Origin: an uncultured Methylomirabilota bacterium
GTDB lineage: Bacteria; Methylomirabilota; Methylomirabilia; Methylomirabilales; 2-02-FULL-66-22
Direction: 5' to 3'
Length of the DNA: 64,000 nt
Assembly: GCA_963705305.1 (NCBI GenBank)
Contig: OY970067.1
Coordinates: 4,352,001-4,416,000, forward strand
Position 1 is the first letter of the stretch. Every line of letters starts with the position of its first letter. Made by a program: the position numbers and the translations under genes. Below the pieces are notes generated by a model. The model did no database searches. It saw only the letters and a list, made by a program, of their open reading frames with translations, and had not been told where the DNA came from. Below, piece after piece: positions 42,451-52,530 of this stretch.

Positions 42451-43194
42451 CTACTTGTTATGTTCCTCCTCACCCCGCCCCTGATTCTGCGGGTGCTGCG
42501 CTTCGTGGCCCTGCGGCCTCTGCTCGTGCTGCTGCCCGCGGACGCTCTCCTGCGGCTGTCTCGGCGGCTGACCCTGAGGCGGCCTCTGCTGCTCTCGCTG
42601 CTGGACCTGGGGCGGCCGCTGGTGCTGCTGCGGCTCGGGCCGCACCTGAGGCTGCCGGACCTCGGGCTGCGGCTGGTACTGGCGCTGCCGCTGCTGTTGC
42701 ACGGCCTTCCGCTCTTGCGGCGATGGAGGACGATAGCCCTGGACGCCCCATGTCCCCTGCTTTTCCCAATGCTGCGTCGTATGCCAGTTCTTCCAGTTCT
42801 GCTGAAGCTGCCCGTACGGAATCCGCTCGTAATTCCAGCGGTGTCCCTCCCAGGCATGGTCCCTGTAGAAGGCCCGCCAATTGGGGTCGACGCCATAATA
42901 GAAGCTGGGGACACGCTTGTAGTAATGCCAGCCCCGGTCGTAGTAGTGCGAGCGGTACCACCGGCCATCCCACATACGCCACCACCACCCGTTCCAGAAG
43001 AACACGTCCGCGGCGATCTCGGGGACAACGTACACATCGTTCGCCCCGGGAAGCACGATGACGCTCGGGGGCGCCGCAAACGTGATGGCCGGCGGCAGGG
43101 GGATATTCACGGTGACCGACACCTGCGCACCGGCGGACAGCGGAACAGTAACTGCCACCGCCAAGAGCAATGCTCCAAACACAACCTTGTTCAT
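42451..43194 (-). CDS. Secreted Trp/Tyr-rich protein with Gln/Pro-rich tail
   Basis: Signal peptide ending AGA-Q, VFFWNGWWWR..DGRWY, low-complexity C-terminus. Confidence 0.7.
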   Translation of the reverse strand: MNKVVFGALLLAVAVTVPLSAGAQVSVTVNIPLPPAITFAAPPSVIVLPGANDVYVVPEIAADVFFWNGWWWRMWDGRWYRSHYYDRGWHYYKRVPSFYYGVDPNWRAFYRDHAWEGHRWNYERIPYGQLQQNWKNWHTTQHWEKQGTWGVQGYRPPSPQERKAVQQQRQRQYQPQPEVRQPQVRPEPQQHQRPPQVQQREQQRPPQGQPPRQPQESVRGQQHEQRPQGHEAQHPQNQGRGEEEHNK

Positions 43195-43579
43195 GCTGGT
43201 GACTCCCTTGTCATTGGCAACCTAGGAACATAGGCGAGGAACACTGCCTCACGCCAAGATCGCCAAGCACGCCAAGAAGAACCTTCCTACTATTCGAATT
43301 CCCGGACCGAATCTGGTCTCACGCAAAGATCGCCAAGATCGCAAAGGAGAACCCTTCAGTTTCGAAATTCGAACTTCGAAATTCGAATTTTCCCCGGCAA
43401 CCTTTGCGGCTTTGCGTGAAAAATTCGGGCCGTGTCCCACGCCGGCCTCGCCGCACCGCGTCGATGGGGGTCAGGCCTTGATAATTTGCTTTCTCGATTG
43501 CGTTCCGCGAGCGGGTGAGAGCCAGCCAATACGGCTCAAGAGATCGGGTAGGCCACGGAACACAGAGGGAAATCCGCAT

Positions 43580-43978
43580 CTAGGAAGAACCGAGCCGTCC
43601 CTGGATCGATGCGAGCAGACGATCCATCACCGTCCGATACTCGGACAGTTTTCGATGAATGGACGCGGCGACGGCCTCGATGTACGTGTGGGCAGTCAGG
43701 TTCCGGTCGTCCGTCATCTCCAGACACAACTCCGCATCATCGACCGTCAGGAGACCGGTCTTTAAGGCTTCCCGAAAGCACTGCTTGGGGGAATTGCAGA
43801 CGACGCCTTCCCGCACTTCGAGGTACGCCTTGAGCGCCTACCAGACGCTCTCGAACGTGTATTCGAAGCGCTGGATCGAGGCGTCGCGAACAATCACGCT
43901 GAACGGCAATCCCAGCGCCTCGGCCAGCGAGGCCAGCGCCTTCTGGGCGGCAGTCAGCCTGACCGCTAATTGCTCCAC
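43580..43978 (-). pseudogene. HI0074-type (NTase substrate-binding) HEPN gene with an internal TAG (pair 8)
   Basis: RDASIQRFEYTFESVW*ALK...SPK.CFREA...DRNLTAHTY; stop at 43838-40. Confidence 0.82.
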
Positions 43979-44268
43979 AGAAGGTTCCCCTGCTCTGTCG
44001 CTCGCCGACGGAGGTCGTCCGAGGCCGTACGCAGCTCTACCAGGTCGACCGTGAGCGGAATATTCGACTCTTCGAGCATTTCGCGGGCAAGACCGAGCCG
44101 CCGGGCGATGTCCGCCGGCGCATCCACGGCGAGGTCAAAATCCGAGGCGGCATGCGGCCGGCCGCCGGCCCTGGATCCGAACAGGTACACGCGGCACTTC
44201 GTGTCCCCCAGACTCCCCCGGAGGATCCGAAGGATCTCTGCGAGGTACCGATCCTGGCGGGAACTCAT
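43966..44268 (-). CDS. MNT nucleotidyltransferase (pair 8)
   Basis: YLFGSRAGGRPHAASDFDLA, LEES.IP..VDLV. Confidence 0.9.
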   Translation of the reverse strand: MSSRQDRYLAEILRILRGSLGDTKCRVYLFGSRAGGRPHAASDFDLAVDAPADIARRLGLAREMLEESNIPLTVDLVELRTASDDLRRRATEQGNLLWSN

Positions 44269-44480
44269 TTGGGGCACAGGGAGCATAGCGCACGGAGAAT
44301 GGCGCATAGAGTAAAGCCAGGGGGAGAGCTTGGCTCCCTGCTCTGTGCGCTGGGCCCTGTGCGCACCTCTCAGCCCCCGGGCAGGCTTGCGCCCTCTCAG
44401 TTACATAAAGGACATGTAAAGAGGGGGAATCCAGCTAGATTCGAAATTTGAAATCCGAATTTCGAAATCCGAATTTCGAA

Positions 44481-45077
44481 TTAAGATGTAGCTTTCAAAG
44501 TTACGATCTGCTCGCGTGAAGCGCCGCGCGCCACCAGCTCCTGGATCTTGGCCTGCCACCCTTCCTCGGGCTCGAAGGTCGCCACGACGATCCGGTCGAA
44601 CTCCCCCGGGATCAGCTCTTCCAGTCCTCGCACCCGGCGGCCCAGGAACTCCCCGCCCGCCTCGGTCTCAAAAACCTCTCCCAGTTCCAGCCCGCTTTCC
44701 TTGAGGCAGAGATAGGCAACTTCGGCCGCCTCTCCCGTCCCGTAGAAGGCTACTCGCCGGCTCCCGTCATCCCCCAGGGGGGCTAGGGCCCGGCGAAGCT
44801 GCTGGCGAGCCTCCCGATAGCGCTCGAAAGTCCGTGTCATGTAGATATACGTGAGGCGGGACTTTTCCGCCATTCCCTTGGGAGTGAGCAAGTAGTTGAG
44901 GCGATTCGGCCGGACACGCATGATTCGGATAAAGCCTTTCATCGCCAGGCGCCGTAGGTACAGGTTGGCCAGGCTTACCGCCATGCCCAAGTCACCGGCA
45001 AGGTCCCGCTGGGTCAGCCGATTATTCTCGGCGACGGCCTGCAAGATCTCGAGATCCCGGCTGCTCTGCTCCCGCAT
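44481..45077 (-). CDS. EPS-locus-associated MarR-type winged-helix regulator with Rossmann-like C-terminus
   Basis: TQRDLA..LG...LAN.YL.RL..KG, YLLTPKG.AEKSRL, VAFYGTGE.AE. Confidence 0.82.
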   Translation of the reverse strand: MREQSSRDLEILQAVAENNRLTQRDLAGDLGMAVSLANLYLRRLAMKGFIRIMRVRPNRLNYLLTPKGMAEKSRLTYIYMTRTFERYREARQQLRRALAPLGDDGSRRVAFYGTGEAAEVAYLCLKESGLELGEVFETEAGGEFLGRRVRGLEELIPGEFDRIVVATFEPEEGWQAKIQELVARGASREQIVTLKATS

Positions 45078-45373
45078 TCCGGCACCCTGAGAAAAAAGAA
45101 CCGGTGAATCGGAGAGACGGTGTAACGGTGAGGCGGCAAATCCCCCTGAGAAACGTGATGGTCGTTACCTCATGACTTTCTCCCCCTCCCCTGAGATCCG
45201 TGTGGGGGCTGAGGGGCCGAAATCAAAGCGATAGAACAGCGACTCAGAGAAGCGGTGAAATCGAGAAGGGACCTCCCAATGTGCGGCCTAGTCGGGCCTG
45301 TTCAAGTCTTGAACGCGAGAGGCAAAACCGCCTGTCGTCACAGCGAGAGGATCAAGAGGCGTTCGGAAAGCGA

Positions 45374-45403
45374 ACGATACATCAACCCCCAAAATCGTGT
45401 CAA
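45374..45403 (-). promoter_or_regulatory. Candidate sigma70 promoter of the polysaccharide operon
   Basis: TTGACA-N18-TATCGT, ~300 bp upstream of the regulator gene. Confidence 0.45.
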
Positions 45404-46091
45404 GAAAAAATGCCGCAGAGGCGCACCGTTGCGCTCGGGCGAGGGGGTGAGGGGGTGGCAAGGCGAGGACGCGAACCGGAGAACCGGAGGGACGGGGGAA
45501 CGGGGAGAGAGCGCAGAGGCGTGGAGGCGCAGGGGGCGAAGAGGCGAAAAGGCAAGGAGGCGCTAAGGGATGAAGTGCTGAGAAGTTCATCGGTTGGCAG
45601 GCTTACGCCCTCTCACTTACAGGGAGCATTTCAGGGCTGCCCCCGCAAGGCAGGGAGGCCGTTCACAGGCTGGTGCATTCGCACACAGAAAGGGAGGGAG
45701 ACGCGTAGCTTGCATCTTCCTTCCCGGCGCGGGGTTGTATACCATAATAAGGAGCAGGGGGCAATTTCGACTTTCGCTAATCGAAATTCCCGCCCCAGGC
45801 CTTCCTCACGCAAAGGTCGCCAAGGGGAGAGGCGGAGTATCGGGGAAACGGAGCCACGGAGAGAAAGCACGGGCAGCGGTTCTCCGGTTCACCGACACCC
45901 CGGTGCTCCGGTTCCCCGTCTCCCGGTGCGGCGATCTTGGCGATCTTAGCGCGAGGACAGGATCGGAGCTTTCCTCACGCAAAGCACGCAAAGGTCGCAA
46001 AGTAGAACAGGGGAAGGTTCGGATCCGGATTCCGAAACAAGAGAAGGCATTTCTTGGCGTGCTTTGCGATCTTAGCGTGAGAACGAAACCA

Positions 46092-46620
46092 CTAGGAGAG
46101 GGCGCGGAAGGCGAGGATGCCGATCAGCTCGGACACCTCCTCGTCAATGGTCTTGCCGGCGTCGGTGCGATAGATGATGTCGGCACACCCGCGGTACAAA
46201 TGTCCCGAGGCGGACCAGATTCTCCGCAGATCCTCTTCCAGGTTCCAGGGAGACGCTCGGATTGACGCGCGGCCGGTCGGCCTGGCGAACCCGGTCGGCC
46301 AGAACCCCAAGCTCTGCATCCAGCAGGACCATAATGCCGGTCCCCCGCAGGGCGTCGGTATTCCAGGCGTACCGGACGGTGCCCCCTCCCAACGCTGCCA
46401 CCACCCGCTCCATCTCGGCAAAGCGCTTGACGATCGAGTATTCCAGCTCGCGGAACGCCAGCCAGCCCTGCTCCCGCACCAGCTCGTGGAAGCTGCGACC
46501 CAGCGCGGAGTCCATCTCGCGGTCGAGATCGTAGAACGGCCGGCCGAGCCGCTGAGCCAGCCGCTTGCCCACGGCAGTCTTGCCGGAACCGATCATCCCG
46601 CTGAAGTAGATGTTGCGCAT
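46092..46620 (-). pseudogene. aroK: Shikimate kinase, frameshifted by a 7-bp tandem duplication
   Basis: GMIGSGKT, DLD, FRELE, ALGGG, ADRP; TTCCAGG twice at 46236-46249. Confidence 0.8.
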
Positions 46621-46808
46621 GGCGGGAGAAGAGCTCTAAATCTGCCCACACGCAAAGATCGCCTGCGCCAGTATGCAGTAGGCAGCCTCCGGCCTGTAGG
46701 GCCTACGGCCCGGAGGGTGGTCCGTGGTCCTGTATTCCACCTTCCCCCCAGCTCCCGAGCGCAGCGGTGCGGCTCCGCGCCTTTTCGCCTCAGCGCCTCT
46801 GCGCCCCC

Positions 46809-47732
46809 TCACTCCCGTGCCGCGTCTCTTGCCGCCTCGATCTGAGGCGGGAACGTGTAGGTTGCCACGGAACAGCCCGGCGCCAGGATGAACCGGCCGG
46901 GGCCGGCCTGGGACAGCGCGGCCCGCACCTGGTCGCGGATCGCGTTGGCCGAAATGTATTGGAACTTGACGTGGTCGAGGCCGCCCATCAGGGTCAGGGG
47001 GGTGCGCTTGCGCATCTCGGCGATGGTCGGCCCGCCGTTCAGGTCGGCCCAGGAGAGAACCTGGACAGGGTAGTCGAGGAGCTGGTCGAGGTAGAGTTTC
47101 CCGCCGTGGGCATGGAGTACATGGAACTCACCCTTACCCTTGATCGCCTCGAGGAGGTGGAGATCGAACGGACGCATGAACCGGGCGTACTGCTCGCGCG
47201 TGACGCTCTCCTCCGTGGCCGGCACCGACAGGAAGATGCCGGCAGTCCCCCGCTCCAAACTGGCCAGCGCATACTTGATCAGGTTCCCGTTCACAATGTG
47301 CAGGGCCGCCTCCAGCTCTCGCGGGTGGTCCCGCATCAAAGGCTCCATGGTCTCCTTCACGATATTCCGCCGCAGCGTGTTCCACGCGTTGAACACCGTG
47401 TCGAGGAACAGGGCCTTGCCCCTGAGCGCCTTGGCGATCAGCTCGATGGCCTGGAGCTGCTTCCCCATGGGCGCCTTCGTCACGTCGAAGGGCTCCAGCC
47501 GCTTCAGGTCCTCCGGTGTGGCGATGACGTCCGCCCCGGCCGGCATGGGGTAGTCGTAGTCGTTCATCACCTTCAAGAAGTCCAGGTCGTAGTGCTCGAA
47601 AAACTCCAGGTGAACCTCCGCCGTCCGCTGCGGCGAGGCGTGCTGGTTGCCGAAGTGGTACCAGATGGTGAAGGGGGCGCGGTCGACCGGCCGGCCGGCG
47701 AGGGTGGCGCGAACTCTCTCAACCTTATTCAT
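46809..47732 (-). CDS. Uroporphyrinogen decarboxylase family protein
   Basis: ERV.A.LAG..VDR.P...W.HF, DFLKVM, LHAHG, FILAPGCS. Confidence 0.82.
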   Translation of the reverse strand: MNKVERVRATLAGRPVDRAPFTIWYHFGNQHASPQRTAEVHLEFFEHYDLDFLKVMNDYDYPMPAGADVIATPEDLKRLEPFDVTKAPMGKQLQAIELIAKALRGKALFLDTVFNAWNTLRRNIVKETMEPLMRDHPRELEAALHIVNGNLIKYALASLERGTAGIFLSVPATEESVTREQYARFMRPFDLHLLEAIKGKGEFHVLHAHGGKLYLDQLLDYPVQVLSWADLNGGPTIAEMRKRTPLTLMGGLDHVKFQYISANAIRDQVRAALSQAGPGRFILAPGCSVATYTFPPQIEAARDAARE

Positions 47733-47901
47733 AGGGATCTCCCTTCGGGAAACGCCGAGGCGAAAAGGCGCAGAGGCGCAGAGGCAGGGGTGCGGGTGTG
47801 AGGGGGAGAGGGGGCGACACGGAGACCGCGTGGGGCCAACGGAACAAGGCGCTCCTGAGCCGAAGCAAACGAGGAAGCCTTGTGGCAGTGAGCGTTCATA
47901 C

Positions 47902-48294
47902 CTATCTCGAACGGATGATCCAATCCTCTGGGTGCGCGATCATTACGACGAGCTTTCCGATTATCTGATCATACTCTTTCATGAGGGCATCAGCGTCGGC
48001 AGGTAACAAGTAACCACACGCTTTGGCGAAACTTATCCAGGTTTGGGTCTCCGCGCCCTCAGCCTCAGAATCGCAGAGTTTACTGACAAAGGCGGCTTGA
48101 TAGCGTCGCTTTCTCCACCCCTCAGCAATGTTCGAACAGACGGAGCGAGACGCTCGCCTGATCTGATCGGTCAGAGAGAACATTTCCTCTCTTGGGAATT
48201 TCTTCGAAAGCTCAAAAATCCGCATTGCGGCCTTGAATGCCTGCTGATAAACGACCAAGTCTTCATGACTTTCGATCCTTCGGCGAACCACCAT
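47902..48294 (-). CDS. Four-helix-bundle protein (23S rRNA IVP family)
   Basis: HEDLVVYQ, FPREEMFSLTDQIRRASRSVCSNIAEGWRKR, EGAETQTW. Confidence 0.9.
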   Translation of the reverse strand: MVVRRRIESHEDLVVYQQAFKAAMRIFELSKKFPREEMFSLTDQIRRASRSVCSNIAEGWRKRRYQAAFVSKLCDSEAEGAETQTWISFAKACGYLLPADADALMKEYDQIIGKLVVMIAHPEDWIIRSR

Positions 48295-48429
48295 CCCCCC
48301 CTCTCCCCCTCGCCTTGCCGCCCCCGCACCCCCCCTCCGGGCCGTAGGCCCTCCCTCCGGGGTGGAGCCCCTACGGGGTGGAACCCGGGCCGGAGGCAGC
48401 TCCCCTGCCCCCCTTCGCCGCTTGCAACG

Positions 48430-49632
48430 TCAGGCGGAGGCGGTCTCCTGCCGGCGGACGCGGTCGAGATACTCGAGGAAGAAGGCGAGGAAGATCATCA
48501 GGAACACGCTCAGGGATCCGGCGATGGCCATGCTCAACACCGTCTTCGGCTTGGACTTTCTCTCGGCGGGAACCGCCTTGTCCAAAAGCTGCACCGTCGG
48601 CATGTCCCGCGCCTCGGCGATCTTGGCCTGCTCGTACTGGGCGGTGAGAAGGTTATCGAGCGTCTCCTGCGTCTTTAGATCGCGCGTCAGGCGGATCAGC
48701 TCCATCCCCAGCGCGGGAACCTTGGTGAAGGGAACGTGAAACTCCCGCTCATCCTGCCCGGGGTTCGATCCACCGGCCGGCAGCTCCAGGCCCTTGCCGT
48801 ATTCCATCTGGTCGAGCTGCCGCTTCATCTCCTGGATCTGGCGGGTCAATTGCTGGACCTGCGGGTTGCTCTCGGTGGCGTAGGTCCGGAGAGTATGCAG
48901 CTGGACCTCGGCCGCGGCTATCCCTGCCCTGGCCTGCGCGGCAGCCTCGATGGCCGTCCTGGCCTGCTCTTGAAGGACGATGGCCTTGTTCTTTTCCTGG
49001 AATCGCCGGAGATTCTCCTCGGCCTGGCGAAGGGCTTTCTCCGTTCCGTCCAGGCGCTCTGCGACGAACGCCCGCTGGCGGCTGGCATCGGTCGTTCCCA
49101 GCTTGGCGAACATGCGATCGAGGTTCGTGACATACGAATTGGCGATATCGGCCGCCAGCTTGGGATCCTTGTCCTCGACCTTGACGTTGATCACGCCCTC
49201 CTTGGTGACAGAAATATCCGTGGCATCCTGGAGTCCCTTGATCGCCTGTTCGGTGTACTTGGCCTTGTAATAGTCCTTGAGGTTGAACTTGTCGACTAGA
49301 TCGGCGGCCATCGTGCGGCTCTTGAGGATCGCGACGAAGGTGTCGCGGTTGGAGCCGCCACCAGGCAAGAGGCCCCCAAGAACTTGCCCCGCGCCAGAAG
49401 CCATCAGGGCCGCAGCGATGTTGGAGCCCCCGCCGCCGGACTCCTTGGGCGCCAGGATTCCCGCCTGGGACTCGTAAATCTTGGTGGCAATGAAATAGTT
49501 GTAGAATCCCGTGACGAACACGGCGACGAAGGTCACGCCTAAGATCATCCACTGATGCTTCCTGAGGACCCGCCAGTAATCCAGCAGATTGATCTCGTCG
49601 TCTTCCCATTGCTCTTGAGTCTCTGGAGCCAT
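48430..49632 (-). CDS. Wzz/GumC polysaccharide chain-length determinant
   Basis: DEINLLDYW, two TM segments, coiled coil, LD.A.PAE.KSKP (GNVR-like). Confidence 0.88.
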   Translation of the reverse strand: MAPETQEQWEDDEINLLDYWRVLRKHQWMILGVTFVAVFVTGFYNYFIATKIYESQAGILAPKESGGGGSNIAAALMASGAGQVLGGLLPGGGSNRDTFVAILKSRTMAADLVDKFNLKDYYKAKYTEQAIKGLQDATDISVTKEGVINVKVEDKDPKLAADIANSYVTNLDRMFAKLGTTDASRQRAFVAERLDGTEKALRQAEENLRRFQEKNKAIVLQEQARTAIEAAAQARAGIAAAEVQLHTLRTYATESNPQVQQLTRQIQEMKRQLDQMEYGKGLELPAGGSNPGQDEREFHVPFTKVPALGMELIRLTRDLKTQETLDNLLTAQYEQAKIAEARDMPTVQLLDKAVPAERKSKPKTVLSMAIAGSLSVFLMIFLAFFLEYLDRVRRQETASA

Positions 49633-49880
49633 GGCCTCGCCTCTCTCGAAACCGCCTGCACCGTGTGGGGCCGTCGAAGAATCAGGGACACCGAAGGGTC
49701 AACCGAATTGTGGCTGGAGAGCATATCAGAGAAAGTCCGGGGGCCGCAATGAGAGAATGAGGGGGTGAGGAGGAGCAGGGGTGCAGGGGTGCAGGGGAGA
49801 AACGGGGAGTCGGGGAGAAGAGCGCAGGGGCGCACCGCTGCGCTCGGGCGCTGGGGTGAGGGGGGGCTGGGGGCGCGAGA

Positions 49881-50315
49881 TCAGGGCCGAAGGTGCTGCT
49901 TGATCGTCGCGATGACCTCGTTGTAGCCCTCTTCGCTGAGGTAGGTTCCCGGGGACGGATGGACGGCGAACGGATCGCCCCAATTGTGGCCGCCCTTCTG
50001 CTTCGGGACCACGTGCCAGTGGAGATGGGAAACCAGGTCGCCGTAAATCGCGTAGTTGATCTTGGCGGCCCCGAACCCTCGCTGGATCGCCGCGGCGGCC
50101 TTTGCGACATCTCGCGAAAAGGCGCATAGGGTCTCGCGATCCAGCCGGAACAGTTCGGTTTCATGCGCGTTCAGGGCGACGATGCATCTCCCCCGGTAGG
50201 TCTGCTCCCGAAACAGGTACAGCGTCGAGGTCTCCAGCCGGCCGATCTCGATCATGAGGCGGTGCAGGCGCTCGTCTTTGGCGCAGTAGAAGCAGTCTTC
50301 CCCGCTCGGACTCAT
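49881..50315 (-). CDS. HIT family protein
   Basis: CFYC, KINYA..GD.V.HLHWHVVP. Confidence 0.9.
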   Translation of the reverse strand: MSPSGEDCFYCAKDERLHRLMIEIGRLETSTLYLFREQTYRGRCIVALNAHETELFRLDRETLCAFSRDVAKAAAAIQRGFGAAKINYAIYGDLVSHLHWHVVPKQKGGHNWGDPFAVHPSPGTYLSEEGYNEVIATIKQHLRP

Positions 50316-50397
50316 TGCTTGCCACCTCCTCTCCGGGCAGACGCCCGGGCATAGGGCAAAGGGCTGACGGCTGACTGCTGATCGCTGACTGCTGTTT

Positions 50398-50910
50398 TCA
50401 CAGCCGGATGACCAACTCGTCGATGCCGAGGTCTTTCAGTTCCGCGAAATCCTGCCGCTTGAAGTCCTTCCCCTTCTTAACCAGCACGAGCTTCACCTGG
50501 TCGCCCAGCGGAATGGGGGGCCAGTGCCAATTCCCCTTGGGCAGCGCGACCCCGAGCTTGCCGTTCAAGTAAAAGGCCTTGATGCGGGACACATCGGGTT
50601 TATCGCCGGAAAGATCGATCGGGGCCATGACGAAAATGCATTCGCCTTCAACCGGCACGAAGATCTCCGAAGTCTCCGGGTGCCTCTCGAAGTACCTGAT
50701 GGCCCGCGCATTCTTGTTGCAGACGAGCAGCCCGCAATCGACCTGCTGATCCTCTTCGGGCCCGAGGTCCGCAGTCTTGGTCCAGTATTTCAGCACTTCC
50801 CTGGACACCTTTGGATCCCCCTTCTCCCTGCCCAGGATCTGCCCATAGGGGGCAAACTCTTCGTCGCTGACTTCGTCCAACGGGACGATCTTGATCTCGA
50901 GTCGGTTCAT
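50398..50910 (-). CDS. Ureidoglycolate lyase (AllA)-like cupin
   Basis: FAPYGQI, FERHP.TSE.F.P, G.WH. Confidence 0.75.
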   Translation of the reverse strand: MNRLEIKIVPLDEVSDEEFAPYGQILGREKGDPKVSREVLKYWTKTADLGPEEDQQVDCGLLVCNKNARAIRYFERHPETSEIFVPVEGECIFVMAPIDLSGDKPDVSRIKAFYLNGKLGVALPKGNWHWPPIPLGDQVKLVLVKKGKDFKRQDFAELKDLGIDELVIRL

Positions 50911-51273
50911 TTGTCCTCCCCGTGCGCCTCCATTCCAGCGCCGTGTTCCGATCTGGAAACTTAGAGCTTGACGGCTCCTTGACGGCGGTTATATCTTCGC
51001 CCCATCACAAACGTCAAGCCAATTCATCCGAAATGTTTCACCGCCACGGCCGCAAGGATCGCAAAGCATCGCCACGCTTCTTGGACGGCGGGGACGCCGG
51101 CCCTGCCAGAATCGCCCTCCCCGGCCAGAAATTTCAGGGCGATACGGAGGCCATCGGAAGCCGGACTGACCGAGCGCAGGACGCCATGCGCGACACGGAG
51201 GCGGCACGGAGTGACCTGGCACGTTTCAGGTCTTTTTCACCGGTTGCACGGGACCTCAGAAAGGGGGGCGGCT

Positions 51274-52530
51274 ATGCGAAGAGCTCTTTGGGTGGCGCTG
51301 GGCTGTCTGGTCGCGCTGTCGGTTTTGGTCGGGCCGGCAGGCAATGCCAATGCCCAGGAGAAGAAGATCGTTTACTGGACCAACTGGGACCAGAATCCCC
51401 AGTTCAACGAGTGGTACGCGACGATCGGAAAGGAATTCGCCAAGAAGTCCGGCTACGAGGTCCAGCTGGTGACGATCCCGTACGAGGGGTACCAGGCCAA
51501 GTACCTGGCCGCCTTCATGGGGGGGGCCGGCGCGCCCGACTTCTTCATGGGGACGGTCGCCCAGTGGTGCGGGCAATACGACTTCTGCGATAAGATGCCG
51601 GCCGACCTGGCGAAGACCTGGGATGAGAATCTCCCCGCCTACATGGTGGACTGGGGGAAGTGGAAGGGCGTGAGCTACGGTATCCCGCTCGAGCACGGGA
51701 ACTTCCAGCAGATGTACATCAACGTCGACATGTTCAAGAAGGCCGGCCTGAATCCCGACAAGCCGCCCAAGACGTTCGACGAATGGCTGGACGCGATGAA
51801 GAAGATCACCCACGGCGACGAGCAGGTCGGCTTTGCCCTGCGGTCCAAGGGCGCCCCCGTGGGCATCACGGACAAGTTTCTGCCCTTTGCCCATGCATGG
51901 GGCGCCCGCATGCTGAGCCCGAACCTGGACAAGGCCACCGGGTACGCCAACAGCCCGGAGATGGTGGCCGCCCTCCAGTTCTACGGGGACCTCATCAACA
52001 AGTACAAGGTGGCCAGCCTGGCGCTGGGCAGCCCCGAGGAGGCCTTTGGCCAGCAGCGGGCCGCCGTGATCTTCCGAGAGTCCTGGCTCTTCGGCTGGGT
52101 GAAGAAGAACTACCCGGCCGTCAACTTCAAGATCTACCCGCTGCCGTGCGAGAAGACCTGTCCGGGCGCAGGGAACCTGTTCCCCTGGGTGAACATGGTG
52201 TACAAGAACAGCCCGAACAAGAAGGTGGTCTGGGACTACCTGCGGTTCATCAGCAATGCCAAAGACGACCTGGCCCAGCACCAGCTGCAGGGGATCCTGC
52301 CGGTCTGGAAGGTGAACCAGAATACCGACTACGTGAAGTCGCGGCCCGATTACATCTCGACCAAGGAGATGCTCGCCCAGCCGGTGCCCCCGAACTACTA
52401 CTGCCCGAAGCTGAACGAGCTGGCCACGGCCTTCGGCGAGGCGATCCAGGGCGTGCTCTTCGGCAAGGGACAGCCGAAGCAGATGCTGGACCAGGCCGCG
52501 GCAAAGATGGATCAGATCCTCAAAGATTAG
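51274..52530 (+). CDS. Carbohydrate ABC transporter substrate-binding protein
   Basis: Signal peptide, APD, YGIP, MYIN.DMFKKAGL...PPKT.DE. Confidence 0.9.
   Translation: MRRALWVALGCLVALSVLVGPAGNANAQEKKIVYWTNWDQNPQFNEWYATIGKEFAKKSGYEVQLVTIPYEGYQAKYLAAFMGGAGAPDFFMGTVAQWCGQYDFCDKMPADLAKTWDENLPAYMVDWGKWKGVSYGIPLEHGNFQQMYINVDMFKKAGLNPDKPPKTFDEWLDAMKKITHGDEQVGFALRSKGAPVGITDKFLPFAHAWGARMLSPNLDKATGYANSPEMVAALQFYGDLINKYKVASLALGSPEEAFGQQRAAVIFRESWLFGWVKKNYPAVNFKIYPLPCEKTCPGAGNLFPWVNMVYKNSPNKKVVWDYLRFISNAKDDLAQHQLQGILPVWKVNQNTDYVKSRPDYISTKEMLAQPVPPNYYCPKLNELATAFGEAIQGVLFGKGQPKQMLDQAAAKMDQILKD

Noticed and set aside
43838..43840. TAG as pyrrolysine or recoding
   Set aside because: No pyl genes or other supporting in-frame TAGs, and TAG is used as a normal stop elsewhere in the window.
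45200..46265. ORFs spanning the repeat-rich intergenic region
   Set aside because: Translations are dominated by repeat-derived peptides (SRKARKGRK, LGVLCDLSVR); not credible proteins.
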